A stretch of DNA of 64,000 bases. Origin: an uncultured Pseudomonadota bacterium. GTDB lineage: Bacteria; Babelota; Babeliae; Babelales; RVW-14. A program made the translations under genes and the position numbers. Below are positions 19,433 to 30,133 of this stretch, piece after piece (the first letter of the stretch is position 1; each line of letters begins with the position of its first letter). Under the pieces are notes generated by a model. The model saw nothing but the letters and a program-made list of their open reading frames with translations. It was not told the DNA's origin and searched no databases. The stretch lies in the NCBI GenBank assembly GCA_964354855.1, contig CAYHBO010000001.1, positions 31,045 through 95,044 of the forward strand, written 5' to 3'.

Positions 19433-20290
19433 TTACGCTGCAAGCAACAAGCCCATTTGATAATATATATTTAATCCAACAGAATCTAGCCTTTGTGACG
19501 CTATCACTCTAGCAGTTACATTAACAGGAGTTTCGCCATTACAAACAATATTTCGATTCGCCCCTGCAATAATTAATGTATGCATAATTTTTAACGCATC
19601 TTCATTTGCATGAACATCAACATTGGCAACAATATGCAACGCTGTTTCACCAAAACAATTTGTGTGATTAATAAAAGCTAGAATATCAGACCGTGAACAA
19701 AGCTGACGCACTTTTACCAAACTACCAACCAAGCAAGCATCTAAGAGTATATCCCCGAAAGAATTATCTTGAGAATCAAAAACGCCTTGTATTCTCAAAC
19801 ACTCACACACATCCTGGTCATTACAAGTTGTTACCGCAGAAACAAGAGAGACTCCTTGCTTACTGACAACTTGTAAGGCAGTTTTCCCCTCATGATTTTT
19901 AACATACACAGATGCCCGACCTTCTTTTATCAAAATAAAAGCTTTAGTCCATTGCCCACCCATTACAGCAAAATGTAACGCTGTATTGCCATCTTCATCT
20001 TTGGCATTAACCATAGCGCTTTCACTATGAACTATTGCTCGCAACTGTTCAACGTCACCAGACATTACCGCAACCATCAAAGGCGTCGTCCCTGTTCTAT
20101 GAGTTACCGCGAAATTTACCCCCGCATCAACTTGACGATAGAGATCTTTAGTTTGTTGATAATAAACAACCAAAACAGCATCAGTTTTTTGTCCAAATGC
20201 CCCTAAAGTATATGAATTAACATCCGGATTCATAGCATACATATTACTAATAAAACAAAGGCCAGTCGCAATTAACATTAATTTTTTCAT
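19433..20290 (-). CDS. secreted ankyrin-repeat protein
   Basis: Leader ...NMYAMNP. ANK motifs: GTTPLMVAVMSGDVEQL, DGNTALHFAVMGG, GKTALQV, GETALHIVA. Confidence 0.85.
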   Translation of the reverse strand: MKKLMLIATGLCFISNMYAMNPDVNSYTLGAFGQKTDAVLVVYYQQTKDLYRQVDAGVNFAVTHRTGTTPLMVAVMSGDVEQLRAIVHSESAMVNAKDEDGNTALHFAVMGGQWTKAFILIKEGRASVYVKNHEGKTALQVVSKQGVSLVSAVTTCNDQDVCECLRIQGVFDSQDNSFGDILLDACLVGSLVKVRQLCSRSDILAFINHTNCFGETALHIVANVDVHANEDALKIMHTLIIAGANRNIVCNGETPVNVTARVIASQRLDSVGLNIYYQMGLLLAA

Positions 20291-20458
20291 TAGGAAATCC
20301 TTCTCAAAAATTGTTATTAAAAATACCTAGGGAGAGATAAGATACTTATATTTTTTAAAAACACCATTTAATTATCAAAAAGTACAAAAAGTAGCTATGC
20401 TTTATCGATCAACGTAATTCAATCTTTTTTTCATATAGAGTTTTAAAAACGAGTTGTC

Positions 20459-20728
20459 GTGTTCCCGTTATTTTTCCCCTACTTACATATTTTTATTGTT
20501 ATCATAGCGCTTGTTATTGCTTGGTATGCGCTTGTTATTAAGCCACAACGAATCATGCAAAAACAAATAGCCAAGCTTCAAGCAGCGCTCTGCGAAGGGG
20601 CTATTATTACCACCAATACCGGCATCCAGGGCACAATCATCACTATTATGACTAATGCCATTATCATCAGAACTGTTGATGGCGAACTTATTGAAATACT
20701 CCCATGGTCCATAACAAGCCTACCGTAA
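20459..20728 (+). CDS. yajC: preprotein translocase subunit YajC-like
   Basis: 89 aa with a single TM segment, then KPQRIMQKQIAKLQAAL..GAIITTNTGIQGTII, which is YajC-like. Confidence 0.55.
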   Translation: MFPLFFPYLHIFIVIIALVIAWYALVIKPQRIMQKQIAKLQAALCEGAIITTNTGIQGTIITIMTNAIIIRTVDGELIEILPWSITSLP

Positions 20729-21909
20729 ACGCATTATTCGCTTTTCCCCTTGTCGGCCTTATAGCCGGGATTACCCTGCAATCTTTTATTGGGTGCTCGT
20801 TAGTATGGGGGATAGGTATTTCGATGGTTATAGGGCTAGTCGCTCTCCTCTACTCGCTCATTACATTCACTCCATCGGGGCGAACGGAATCGCCTCTCGC
20901 TCATCCTGAGGAGCAGCGCCAAGCTACGTCTCGAAGGACCATTCTCATTACCCTCCTGTTTTTTTGTGTCGGTCTCATCATCTATCCCCTCCAACGCAAC
21001 CATAACGATTATCTGCGAGATCATTACACCGGCAAATCATGCACTATTATTGCCGAAGTTGATGATGTGCAAACCTCTCCCGGTAATTTATTTGAAGGCA
21101 TTGCCCACTTAACGGTTAACCGTATAAAACCAATCGAAGATGACCACTATGAAAACACATCATTTTCTTTTCTCTGTTACAATAAAGAGGCTTTTGACCT
21201 TGAAGTTGGTGATGAATTATTCTTTGAAAATATCACCCTACCCCTTCCTTCAAGCAGCTCTCTTGCTCAAAATACCCCATTCGGCGATTATCTGATAAAA
21301 GAAAATATTGTCTCTGCCGTGTTTTTACAAAAAAAGGACATGTTTAATATTATCAACAGAATTAATTTTTCACTCAGCAAATGGATCTGGCAGCAAAAGA
21401 CTCGCGTTTTAAGTACCATCAAAAAAAGCGTTTCTCCACTAGCGTACTCATATTTTGCACTCATCTTTTTAGGGTATAAACAACTCGCACAAAACCATGA
21501 ACTTCGCAAAGTCTTTAACCTCTGGGGACTGGCACATTTTCTTGCACGCGCCGGCCTACACATCATGCTTTTTATCTGGCTCTGGCAATTATTCTTAAGT
21601 TTTTTACCGCTATCTATCATTGTCAAAAGAATCATCCTCTTTTTAGTGTGCTTCACGTATGCATTATTTTCCTGGTCAAGCATCCCCTTCTTCCGCGCTT
21701 ACGTTGTGTTTGTTTTAGCAAGAATAGCCCACTTTCTCGATCAGCAAACGCATTTTTTACATTTACTTACGGTCACCTGCCTGTTTGTGTTACTACTAAA
21801 CCCCATACAACTATTTTTCCTAGACTTCCAACTCACCTTTGCACTGACCTTTGTTCTAGGATGGTTCTCACAGATAAGTTCGGTTAAACAGGTAAAAAAA
21901 ATAATCTAA
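20704..21909 (+). CDS. ComEC/Rec2-like membrane channel protein (no beta-lactamase domain)
   Basis: Polytopic. WGLAHFLARAGLHIMLF corresponds to the ComEC competence-domain motif. A composite PE2 repeat is inserted in frame (TPSGRTESPLAHPEEQRQATSRRT). Confidence 0.65.
   Translation: MVHNKPTVNALFAFPLVGLIAGITLQSFIGCSLVWGIGISMVIGLVALLYSLITFTPSGRTESPLAHPEEQRQATSRRTILITLLFFCVGLIIYPLQRNHNDYLRDHYTGKSCTIIAEVDDVQTSPGNLFEGIAHLTVNRIKPIEDDHYENTSFSFLCYNKEAFDLEVGDELFFENITLPLPSSSSLAQNTPFGDYLIKENIVSAVFLQKKDMFNIINRINFSLSKWIWQQKTRVLSTIKKSVSPLAYSYFALIFLGYKQLAQNHELRKVFNLWGLAHFLARAGLHIMLFIWLWQLFLSFLPLSIIVKRIILFLVCFTYALFSWSSIPFFRAYVVFVLARIAHFLDQQTHFLHLLTVTCLFVLLLNPIQLFFLDFQLTFALTFVLGWFSQISSVKQVKKII
20842..20939 (+). 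repeat. PE2 composite element in frame in comEC
   Basis: GCTCTCCTCTACTCGCTC...TCCATCGGGGCGAACGG...GCTCATCCTGAGGAGCAGCGCCAAGCTACGTCTCGAAGGAC. Confidence 0.85.
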
Positions 21910-21933
21910 GTATAAAAAACATACGGGAGCGTT

Positions 21934-23211
21934 ATGAAAAACAGATATGGTCTATTATTTGTTATCTTTTTAGAGGGAGTATCTATTTGCGCAACTCCAG
22001 CCACCATTACTAAATCAAAAGAAATATCAAAAGTAGGAACCAAGCAACTTAACGTCATGGTGTATTTTGCCGGCAACAATGACCTTTACGACATATGCGT
22101 TAAACAGATGCAACAGATGGCGGTCATTGGCTCTTTGTTTCATGTAAATTTTATTACGCAGCTTGATGTTTTAAATGAACACAAAGTAAAAAGATATTAC
22201 ATAGCAAAGAACGATATTATTGAACTTGAAGAAATATCAGAAGGCCCTGAAGCCATTAGTGGCACCCCCGCAAGCCTCGCATCCTTTGTACAATGGGGTA
22301 TGGAAAAATTTCCTGCACGAGATTTATTTTTAATTATTTCTAACCATGGTGATGGCATCAAAGATCGCAATTACTGGAGTCACGCTAAAACCAAACGCGG
22401 TATAGCCATCAATAACCATGCCAACTGTTATCTCACCAATCAAGGCCTTGAAGAAGCTCTTAGGTTTATTTCCCAACGCGTTCTTGGTGGACGCAAGATT
22501 TCGCTCGTACTTACGGATGCATGCTTTATGTCAATGGTCGAAATTTGCTCTCAAATTAAGCGCTCGGTAAAACTTTTCGTAGGCTCTCAAGACACAGAAC
22601 CATTTCTTGGCTATAATTATACCGATCTTTTTAGCGTTTTCACCGACTCTGATGGAGATCATCTAAATTCAGAAAGATTTGCTCGATGGGCAGTAGATAG
22701 TTATATCAACGAACATAAAAATTCCGGGAAATCAATCACACATGCAGCTATTAACCTAGAATCCATTGAAAAAGTTGAAGACAACCTTAAACAATTAGCA
22801 CTCTTATGTTCCGAATGCATCGACCAAAAACCTGAGTTTTTTGAAGCAATATATAACATTAGAGAACATACGAACATCAAATTTAGAGACTTAGATTATA
22901 TCGATTTGCACCACTTTTATAACGACTTAATCAACATTATTACTCCAATGCTATCAGAAAAGTCTCATCGACGTCGCGAGGTTGTACGCCTTGCACTCGA
23001 AGGAAAATCATTACTGGGTGATTGTATTCTTGCAAACCAAACCGGCCCTATAAATCCTGGGGCCATGGGCCTGTCACTTTATTTTCCAATACACACGATC
23101 CATCAATCATATTATCCAACTATTTTTAATCAAAAAACGGGCTGGAGTACATTTTTAAAGACGTACTTATACCGCTTGTATCACACATTAAGCAGGAAAG
23201 CAGGGGCCTAG
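21934..23211 (+). CDS. clostripain-like (C11) cysteine peptidase, secreted
   Basis: Signal peptide. NVMVYFAGNNDL, His motif ISNHGDG and Cys motif TDACFMS have C11-like spacing. Confidence 0.65.
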   Translation: MKNRYGLLFVIFLEGVSICATPATITKSKEISKVGTKQLNVMVYFAGNNDLYDICVKQMQQMAVIGSLFHVNFITQLDVLNEHKVKRYYIAKNDIIELEEISEGPEAISGTPASLASFVQWGMEKFPARDLFLIISNHGDGIKDRNYWSHAKTKRGIAINNHANCYLTNQGLEEALRFISQRVLGGRKISLVLTDACFMSMVEICSQIKRSVKLFVGSQDTEPFLGYNYTDLFSVFTDSDGDHLNSERFARWAVDSYINEHKNSGKSITHAAINLESIEKVEDNLKQLALLCSECIDQKPEFFEAIYNIREHTNIKFRDLDYIDLHHFYNDLINIITPMLSEKSHRRREVVRLALEGKSLLGDCILANQTGPINPGAMGLSLYFPIHTIHQSYYPTIFNQKTGWSTFLKTYLYRLYHTLSRKAGA

Positions 23212-23260
23212 AAAAAACATCCACTTTGTTATAGTCATTTGATAATCGATAGGATATCCC

Positions 23261-23824
23261 ATGGAAAAAAAGACGTTACTCAATGAGCTCACCAAAAAAT
23301 ATAAAAATTGCCAAGGCTGCCCACTCGCAAAGCTCGGTAGAACTCAAGTTGTTTTCGGCGTCGGCAACCCTGATACCAAGCTTATGTTTATCGGTGAAGC
23401 TCCGGGACGAGATGAGGATCTTAACGGCGAACCATTCATAGGTCGCTCTGGAAAATTACTCACACAAATTATTGAAGACATGGGTCTTTCACGGAGCGAA
23501 GTTTATATTACTAATGTCGTCAAAAGCAGACCACCCAATAACCGAACCCCAATAAAACAAGAACGCGAAGCTTGTAAAACATTAATTTTGGTAAAAGAGA
23601 TCGACATCATTAAACCAAAAATCATCTGTACCCTCGGGTCACCGGCAACTAAAGCACTTCTTGGAGATGATATACAAATTTCACAGGCTCGTGGTAAATT
23701 TGCTGAGTATCGCGGCATCCCAGTCATGCCAACCTATCACCCGGCATATTTACTACGTAATCCCATTGCAAAACATACAGTGTGGGAAGATATGAAAAAA
23801 ATTATGGAAGAACTTAAAGATTGA
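23261..23824 (+). CDS. uracil-DNA glycosylase, family 4
   Basis: C..C...R.QVVFG.GNP, GEAPGRDEDLNGEPFIGRSGKLL, HPAYLLRNP. Confidence 0.9.
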   Translation: MEKKTLLNELTKKYKNCQGCPLAKLGRTQVVFGVGNPDTKLMFIGEAPGRDEDLNGEPFIGRSGKLLTQIIEDMGLSRSEVYITNVVKSRPPNNRTPIKQEREACKTLILVKEIDIIKPKIICTLGSPATKALLGDDIQISQARGKFAEYRGIPVMPTYHPAYLLRNPIAKHTVWEDMKKIMEELKD

Positions 23825-23887
23825 GAAAAAGTAACTAAAACTTATAAACTCCATCTTTTATTTTTTTAGCAGCTGATTCTTAGACTT

Positions 23888-23975
23888 GTCATCCTGAACT
23901 TGCCTGCCCGCCGAAGCTCCTGGCTCGACGTAGCTTTAGCGTAGGCGGCTTGGCGTAGGTTGGTTTCAGGATGAC
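23888..23975 (+). repeat. PE3 palindromic element, long form, intergenic
   Basis: GTCATCCTGAACTTGCCTGCCCGCCGAAGC...CTTGGCGTAGGTTGGTTTCAGGATGAC. Confidence 0.85.
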
Positions 23976-23990
23976 AATTAAGAAGACAAA

Positions 23991-25448
23991 TCAACTTTTC
24001 GTCACCGGGTCAGGGATTAATAGAATATTCAACGGATCTTGCGGCCAGGTTCTGCCTGATGGTACCCATAAAAATCGCTTACCGGTACGCTCCTGAATCG
24101 ATCTTAATGGATAATCATAAACCTTCATAGCACAAGCATCATACGTTTCAGCAAGGATAATCTCAACACATCCCTCACTATTCAACTTAGAGCCTGATAC
24201 GGTAGACACGGTAAACACCGGTCCGTAATGTTGCATGTAAAATTGTGGGCTTTCACCAGAGACCACTTCTTTCCAGTCCAAAGGCCTGTTTTTAGGATCT
24301 TCAAATGGCTTTCGTAGCAAGTCTGCATCGATATTTATTTCTTTATCTCTGAACAACTTTAACACCGCAATAGAATCTTGATGGCCGCGAATAAGGGCAT
24401 CTACCTGTTGATTATTAAGTATACATTCAACGGCAAACAGATCCGCACTATGAATATCATTCCCACGATTAGATTTCGAAAATAATTTTCTACGCAAGCT
24501 TTCTTCGATTGCTTCATTATCACAATTTTGTTTAACCAATATGGCCCTTTCTGGATCATGATGAATGATATCCGTCCATAAGTAATGTGAAAAATAAACC
24601 CCTACAATCGGATTATAAAGATCTTTCAAAAAAATTGGTTTAAAGGAAGCCTGGCTACTCAATAATAGCTCCTTAGGATCAAATTTAGGCTCAGGAGCAC
24701 CGTGACAAAATTGAAGAATTGCACCCCCACAGCGCACATAGTGTGTCAATGCAAAACATGAGTAAAGTGTATCTAGTTGCTCAATAAGACCTTCAGGTTC
24801 ATTAAACAAATACTTATCCATAATTTCTCGGATGAGGCCTTTAGCTCCATAATATCTATTAATCTCTACCCATTCATGATTCCCGCGCAACAAAATAACA
24901 CGATCAAAATTAAGCATTTTAAGACAAAGCAAGAGAGCTAGGCATTCAACACTATATTTTGTTCTATCAACATAATCGCCAATAAAAATAAGAGAACATC
25001 CAGGGTTGAGCGTTAAATCTTCATTGAGCACTCCCTCAATAACCCAACGCCGCAACTGCCGCAATAACGTAAAATAAGATCCATGAATATCTCCAACGAC
25101 AAAAAGATGATCTTCTGGCGTTAAATGCCATGATGAAGCATGGCCAACATGGCCATCTTTATTGCTGATGCCAAAATCAGCAAGTTGCCTTTCTGTCTCT
25201 ATGATAAACATATCAATCAATGCAGAAAAATCTTTCTGATAAATAAGAGCATCCAGATGCTTATCTAACAATGGAATTTCTGGATAATTTTGTTCACTCC
25301 ACCATACCGTCTCTTCAAGTTCTTGTAGGGTTTTGAAATCATAGAAATCTTTAAGTTGCTTAAAATCATCAGGACCTGCAAGAAGGGCCGGATGCAGAGA
25401 AAGAAAGATAGCGAGAAGAAGTTGTGTAATTAGAAATTTAAATTTCAT
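23991..25448 (-). CDS. secreted PPP-family (calcineurin-like) Ser/Thr phosphatase, paralog A
   Basis: Signal peptide. GDIHG, GDYVDRT and LLRGNHE are the PPP signature GDxHG/GDxVDR/GNHE. Confidence 0.8.
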   Translation of the reverse strand: MKFKFLITQLLLAIFLSLHPALLAGPDDFKQLKDFYDFKTLQELEETVWWSEQNYPEIPLLDKHLDALIYQKDFSALIDMFIIETERQLADFGISNKDGHVGHASSWHLTPEDHLFVVGDIHGSYFTLLRQLRRWVIEGVLNEDLTLNPGCSLIFIGDYVDRTKYSVECLALLLCLKMLNFDRVILLRGNHEWVEINRYYGAKGLIREIMDKYLFNEPEGLIEQLDTLYSCFALTHYVRCGGAILQFCHGAPEPKFDPKELLLSSQASFKPIFLKDLYNPIVGVYFSHYLWTDIIHHDPERAILVKQNCDNEAIEESLRRKLFSKSNRGNDIHSADLFAVECILNNQQVDALIRGHQDSIAVLKLFRDKEINIDADLLRKPFEDPKNRPLDWKEVVSGESPQFYMQHYGPVFTVSTVSGSKLNSEGCVEIILAETYDACAMKVYDYPLRSIQERTGKRFLWVPSGRTWPQDPLNILLIPDPVTKS

Positions 25449-25501
25449 ATGAGGTGCTCAACTATTTTTTACTTCGTTCATAAAACATTCTTCGCAGCCA
25501 T

Positions 25502-25634
25502 ACGTCATCCTCGCGAACGCGGGGATCCAGGCCTTACTTACTTTTACAGACCTTCTAAAAACTTGTTAGAAAAGAAGTATAAAAATTTTAAAGTAGAAAA
25601 AAGTTCTGGATCCCCGCATTCGCGAGGATGACGT
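25502..25634 (+). repeat. PE1 element, full copy (intergenic between the two phosphatase genes)
   Basis: ACGTCATCCTCGCGAACGCGGGGATCCAGG ... CTGGATCCCCGCATTCGCGAGGATGACGT. Confidence 0.9.
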
Positions 25635-25715
25635 AGTCAAAAACCCAATTTCTCATAAAATTTCATAAAATCTCAAATCCTCAGAAGATATCGTTCTTTC
25701 TAAAAAAGTAACCGT

Positions 25716-27338
25716 TTATTGAGGCCAATCTTCAGGATTTTGTTGAGCAGAAGGCCACCGACCTGTAACCGTTCTGACTTCAGGTTCTACATCAGCAGCA
25801 GTTTCTCTTCGCTGCCGCATAAACCTATCTCCACCATATTCTTCATCTAAATCCCCAGTATGAGACAAGTCTAAAAGGCTAAAGGGAATATCTTCATCTT
25901 CACCACCTCGTCGCTGTAACCGCGCCAAATTACGTCTTGGCGGCAATGGCGTTAACGATCTATCCTGAGGTGAAAGATCTCTTACAGGCTCAATCACTAA
26001 TGGATCTTGAGGCCAAACATTGCCAGATGGTCGCCACCTAAAACAGTTATTCACGCGCTGATTATAAGGGAGCAAGGGATAATCATACACTTTCATCACA
26101 CATTTATCATAAGTTTTTGCAAGAATAATTTCTACACACCCCTCACTATCAATTTTTGATCCAGACGCCGCAGATAAGGTAAAAACAGGGCCATAGTTTT
26201 TCATATAAAATTCTGGATTACGACCCTCTACAACATCTACCCAGTTAAGTGGAGCATTTCTTGGATCAGTAAATGGATTAACCATTGTATCCGTATCAAT
26301 AATCACTTCTTTCTCTCTAAATAATTTTAATACTGCTATCATATCCTGATGCCCACGAATAAGAGCATCAACAAAGGTTGACTTAAGAATACGATCTATA
26401 GCAAATAAATCAGCACTAACCAAATCATGCCCTCGAGCAGAAGATGAAAATAAGTTTGCATTCAAGCTCGATTCAATAGCCAAATAATCACCTTGCTTTA
26501 GAAAAGCCTCTCTTGCTGGATCATGATGAATAATGTCGGTCCACAAGTAGTGTGAAAGATTAACATTTTTCGATTCTAATTCTTCTTTTTCAAGTAAAGA
26601 AAAAAACGAATCCTGACCCAATATTAATTCAATTGGAGGATTTTTTGGCTCAGGAGCCCCATGACAAAACTGCAACAGCGTACTGCCACAACCAACATAG
26701 AGCGTTAATGTAAAACATAAATACAATTGATCTAGCTGATCAATAACTTCTTGAGCCTCCCTAGAGTACTTATTTCTAATCTCTTGTGTAAAGCCATAAT
26801 CTGCATAAGAATTATTCATTGCAACCGATTCATGATTACCTCGTAATAACACAACCCGATCTTCATTAATTAATGCTAATAAAAGCATAATCGTTAAACA
26901 TTCTAAGCCGTACACTGTTCGATCAACATAATCACCAATGAAAACAAGTGAGTACCCCGAGAGAAGTCTTAAATCTTCCGTCATCACTCCTTCAAGAACC
27001 CAACGATCAAGTTGCCGCAACAATGAAAATAATGATCCATGAATATCTCCAACCACAAAAATTCGATGTTCAGGGCCTAGCACCCATCCCTGAGCATACC
27101 CAACCCCACCTGAAGCATTTGCGCCCTTAAGCTTACGCTGTATAACGCTTATAAACTCATCCATCAAGGCACAAAAGTCTTTTTTAGAAATAGAAATTCT
27201 TGTATTAGAGAAATGCGGAATTTCTGGATAGGTAGAAAAAAGCTGCCTGAGCCCAGAAACTGTTTTAAATTCGTCGGGAATGGCAAGTAAAGATGGTATG
27301 ACCAGTAAAAAAAAAAGGTTTAAAATTTTCAACCTCAT
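25716..27338 (-). CDS. secreted PPP-family Ser/Thr phosphatase, paralog B, with extended charged C-terminal tail
   Basis: GDIHG, GDYVDRT, LLRGNHE. Collinear with paralog A, plus about 85 extra C-terminal residues rich in R/E/D/P. Start placed at MRLKILNLFF. Confidence 0.8.
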   Translation of the reverse strand: MRLKILNLFFLLVIPSLLAIPDEFKTVSGLRQLFSTYPEIPHFSNTRISISKKDFCALMDEFISVIQRKLKGANASGGVGYAQGWVLGPEHRIFVVGDIHGSLFSLLRQLDRWVLEGVMTEDLRLLSGYSLVFIGDYVDRTVYGLECLTIMLLLALINEDRVVLLRGNHESVAMNNSYADYGFTQEIRNKYSREAQEVIDQLDQLYLCFTLTLYVGCGSTLLQFCHGAPEPKNPPIELILGQDSFFSLLEKEELESKNVNLSHYLWTDIIHHDPAREAFLKQGDYLAIESSLNANLFSSSARGHDLVSADLFAIDRILKSTFVDALIRGHQDMIAVLKLFREKEVIIDTDTMVNPFTDPRNAPLNWVDVVEGRNPEFYMKNYGPVFTLSAASGSKIDSEGCVEIILAKTYDKCVMKVYDYPLLPYNQRVNNCFRWRPSGNVWPQDPLVIEPVRDLSPQDRSLTPLPPRRNLARLQRRGGEDEDIPFSLLDLSHTGDLDEEYGGDRFMRQRRETAADVEPEVRTVTGRWPSAQQNPEDWPQ

Positions 27339-27535
27339 ATCTACCCCCCGTAGAAGAAACATCACATTTAATTAAAAATTACCCACATAAAAAGCATGCT
27401 TGTTTTAGTTTAAAAAAGTAAACGGTTACTCAATTACTCACAAAAACTCTCTATCTTAAACTGTTAACGCTTTCTTGCCATTTTGATTCATATGTGTAAG
27501 ATATTTCTTAGGTTTTTTTCCAAAGGAGTTCTATT

Positions 27536-28141
27536 ATGAAAAAACAGACGTTACTGCTCATTACTGCATTGTCTGCAGTAAGTTTCGGATTCGTATCTGC
27601 TAAAAATGAACCGCTTGTTTCAATCGACAGCGTGCACATTATGCAAGAATCCAAAGAAGGAAAAATTTTAGCCGAAAAACTTAAAGGCAAAATTACCGAC
27701 TACCAAAATTTTGTTCAAAAGTCACAACAGGAGATGGTTGCGCTACAAGATGAAGTCACCAAAAAAGCTGATGTCTTAAGCAAAGAAGCTCTCCAAGAAA
27801 AAACAGAAAGTCTTACACGTAAAAAGAAAGATTTCGAAAGAATTCTTGCTGACCGCGAAGAAGGGCTTCGTGCTGAACTTCAACGTGAACAAATCAAACT
27901 TCGTGATAAACAACTTCTTGTAGCTAATACTATAAGCGAAGAAGAAAAATGGGGCTTAGTTGTTGATAAAAATACTCCTGGCGTTTTATTCGTTAACAAA
28001 GCAATCGACAGAACAAGTGTCGTGCTTAAAAAAGTTGATGAAGTATTCGGCCAAACAAGCACCATGAAACAAGATGGTGTTGTTATAGCAAGCAATAAAC
28101 CAGCTACCGTTAAGCCAGTAGCCGAAGCTAAAAAGGCGTAA
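27536..28141 (+). CDS. skp: OmpH/Skp periplasmic chaperone
   Basis: Signal peptide, long coiled-coil OmpH-like body, and position directly upstream of lpxD. Confidence 0.75.
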   Translation: MKKQTLLLITALSAVSFGFVSAKNEPLVSIDSVHIMQESKEGKILAEKLKGKITDYQNFVQKSQQEMVALQDEVTKKADVLSKEALQEKTESLTRKKKDFERILADREEGLRAELQREQIKLRDKQLLVANTISEEEKWGLVVDKNTPGVLFVNKAIDRTSVVLKKVDEVFGQTSTMKQDGVVIASNKPATVKPVAEAKKA

Positions 28142-28147
28142 TCGATA

Positions 28148-29203
28148 ATGCAGCTTAACCTCACGTCAACACAACTTATCGAAATTATCGGTGAGGGGGT
28201 CTTAACAGCCCCCCTCACTCATTCTATCGTTCGTCTAGCATCCCTTACCAGCGCAACCAAAAACGACCTCGCCTTGGTCTTTGACCGTGGTGATGCTTCA
28301 GTTTTCAGCGCCGTTAACCAAGAAATTATTAAAAAGTCACAAGCAGGACTCATCATTACTTCACAAACAGTGGTTCCTTATAAAAATTACTTAATCGTTA
28401 AAGACCCGCTTGATGCTTTTCAAAAGCTTGCTTTATACGCACAAACACAGAAAAACATTATAGCAGCCACCAAAACTACCATTATTCCAGATTCAACCCA
28501 TATCGCATCAACCGCCATTATTAAACCGGGCTCCGTCATTGGTAAAAAAAGTATCATCATGGATCAAGTTTATATTGGTTATGACTGTATTATTGGCAAT
28601 AATGTACTACTCTATCCAGGCGTTAAAATTCTTGATGAATGCATTATTGGAGATGGCACCATTATACATGCCGGCACCATTATCGGCTCCGATGGATTTG
28701 GTTACCAAATAACCAAACAAGGATTGCGCAAAATTCCTCAAATCGGCATTGTTAGAATTGGCAGCCAGGTTGAAATTGGCGCAAACTGTACCATCGACCG
28801 CGCCGCTTTTGATGAAACAATTATTGAAGACCTCGTTAAAATAGATAATTTAGTTCACCTTGCACATAACGTAAAAATTGGAACTGGTTCAGCAATTCTT
28901 GCACAAACAGCAGTTGCAGGAAGTACCTCCATAGGAAAAGGTTGTCAAATTGGCGGACAAGTCGGAATAAAAGACAATATCATTATCGGTGACGGTGTAA
29001 AAATTGTTGGAAAATCTGCCGTTATGACATCAGTTAATCCTGGTGAAACAATAGCAGGCATTCCCTCTATATCATTCATTCAGTGGAAGCGTACTACCGT
29101 TATGCTTACCAAGCTCCCAGAATTATTCAAACAAGCTCAAATAATTTCCGAGATGCTCAATAAAAAACGATCATCCTGGTGGTCACGCTTATTTAAATCA
29201 TAA
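28148..29203 (+). CDS. lpxD: UDP-3-O-acylglucosamine N-acyltransferase
   Basis: N-terminal LpxD domain, then hexapeptide left-handed beta-helix repeats (IG.N..I..G..IG) and HLAHNVKIG. Confidence 0.9.
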   Translation: MQLNLTSTQLIEIIGEGVLTAPLTHSIVRLASLTSATKNDLALVFDRGDASVFSAVNQEIIKKSQAGLIITSQTVVPYKNYLIVKDPLDAFQKLALYAQTQKNIIAATKTTIIPDSTHIASTAIIKPGSVIGKKSIIMDQVYIGYDCIIGNNVLLYPGVKILDECIIGDGTIIHAGTIIGSDGFGYQITKQGLRKIPQIGIVRIGSQVEIGANCTIDRAAFDETIIEDLVKIDNLVHLAHNVKIGTGSAILAQTAVAGSTSIGKGCQIGGQVGIKDNIIIGDGVKIVGKSAVMTSVNPGETIAGIPSISFIQWKRTTVMLTKLPELFKQAQIISEMLNKKRSSWWSRLFKS

Positions 29204-29211
29204 AAAATCAC

Positions 29212-30099
29212 ATGCTAAATTACATAATTACTTCTGATCAACACTCAACACTGGCACCTTCCCTTGCATCACAACTTGACAAAGAACATCTGATTATTCA
29301 CGTTGGCCAATTTCCAAGTTCTGAAACTAAGGTTACTAGTTTTGAAGACAAAAGATTAACCGGCAAGCATATTTTACATGTACATCAGTTTTCTTCTGGA
29401 TCGCAAGCCATAAACCAATCGCTCTTCGACCTGCTACTCATCTTAGAATCACTCAAAGTTATAGGAGTAAGCAACATCAGACTTCTTATGCCTTATATGC
29501 CCTATGCACGACAAAACACAACCATGCCTCTTATTATAAACATGCTATACCAAGCAGGCGTCAAAATTATCATCACCTATGACATTCATAACCCATCACT
29601 CATCAACCAGGAGCCTTCAGGTATTAAAAATATAAGTACAACCGACTATTGGGTTGATCTTATAAAAAACATTCCACCTGACTTAAAAAACATATGTATA
29701 GCAACCCCTGACTACGGAGCAATGGCACGCACCATGCCGATTGCACAAAAACTTGGGGTCCCATTAGTCTGCTTGACCAAGAAACGTATCGAAAATAACC
29801 AAGTAATTATTACCGCCATCGATAGTAATGTTGCTGGAAAAAAAATCATTATGATTGATGACATTCTAGACACCGGCAATACAGCCATCGCAGCATGTAA
29901 TGCATTGCTAGAGCAGGACGCCTTAAGTGTTTCTGGCTTATTTTCTCATGCTGTTTTATCTGAAGGAGCTGTTAAAAAACTTCAGGAAAGCAGGTTTGAA
30001 AAGATTTTTGTGGGCAACTCGTTGCTGGGGTTAGAAGAGCTTGGGGATAAGTTTGTGATTGTAGATTTGTATGGGCATCTTTCAGAAGAAGTCTTGTAG
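29212..30099 (+). CDS. prs: ribose-phosphate pyrophosphokinase
   Basis: MPYMPYARQ, TPDYGAMAR and the PRPP-binding loop IIMIDDILDTGNT. Confidence 0.85.
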   Translation: MLNYIITSDQHSTLAPSLASQLDKEHLIIHVGQFPSSETKVTSFEDKRLTGKHILHVHQFSSGSQAINQSLFDLLLILESLKVIGVSNIRLLMPYMPYARQNTTMPLIINMLYQAGVKIIITYDIHNPSLINQEPSGIKNISTTDYWVDLIKNIPPDLKNICIATPDYGAMARTMPIAQKLGVPLVCLTKKRIENNQVIITAIDSNVAGKKIIMIDDILDTGNTAIAACNALLEQDALSVSGLFSHAVLSEGAVKKLQESRFEKIFVGNSLLGLEELGDKFVIVDLYGHLSEEVL

Positions 30100-30133
30100 T
30101 TTTTAATATCTTTTAACACACAATTCTCGCCTT

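Noticed and set aside
25449-25631. 60-aa ORF (and similarly 58113-58340) reading RHPRERGDPG...
   Set aside because: It is composed almost entirely of PE1 palindrome sequence. The open frame is a by-product of the repeat, not independent evidence of a gene.
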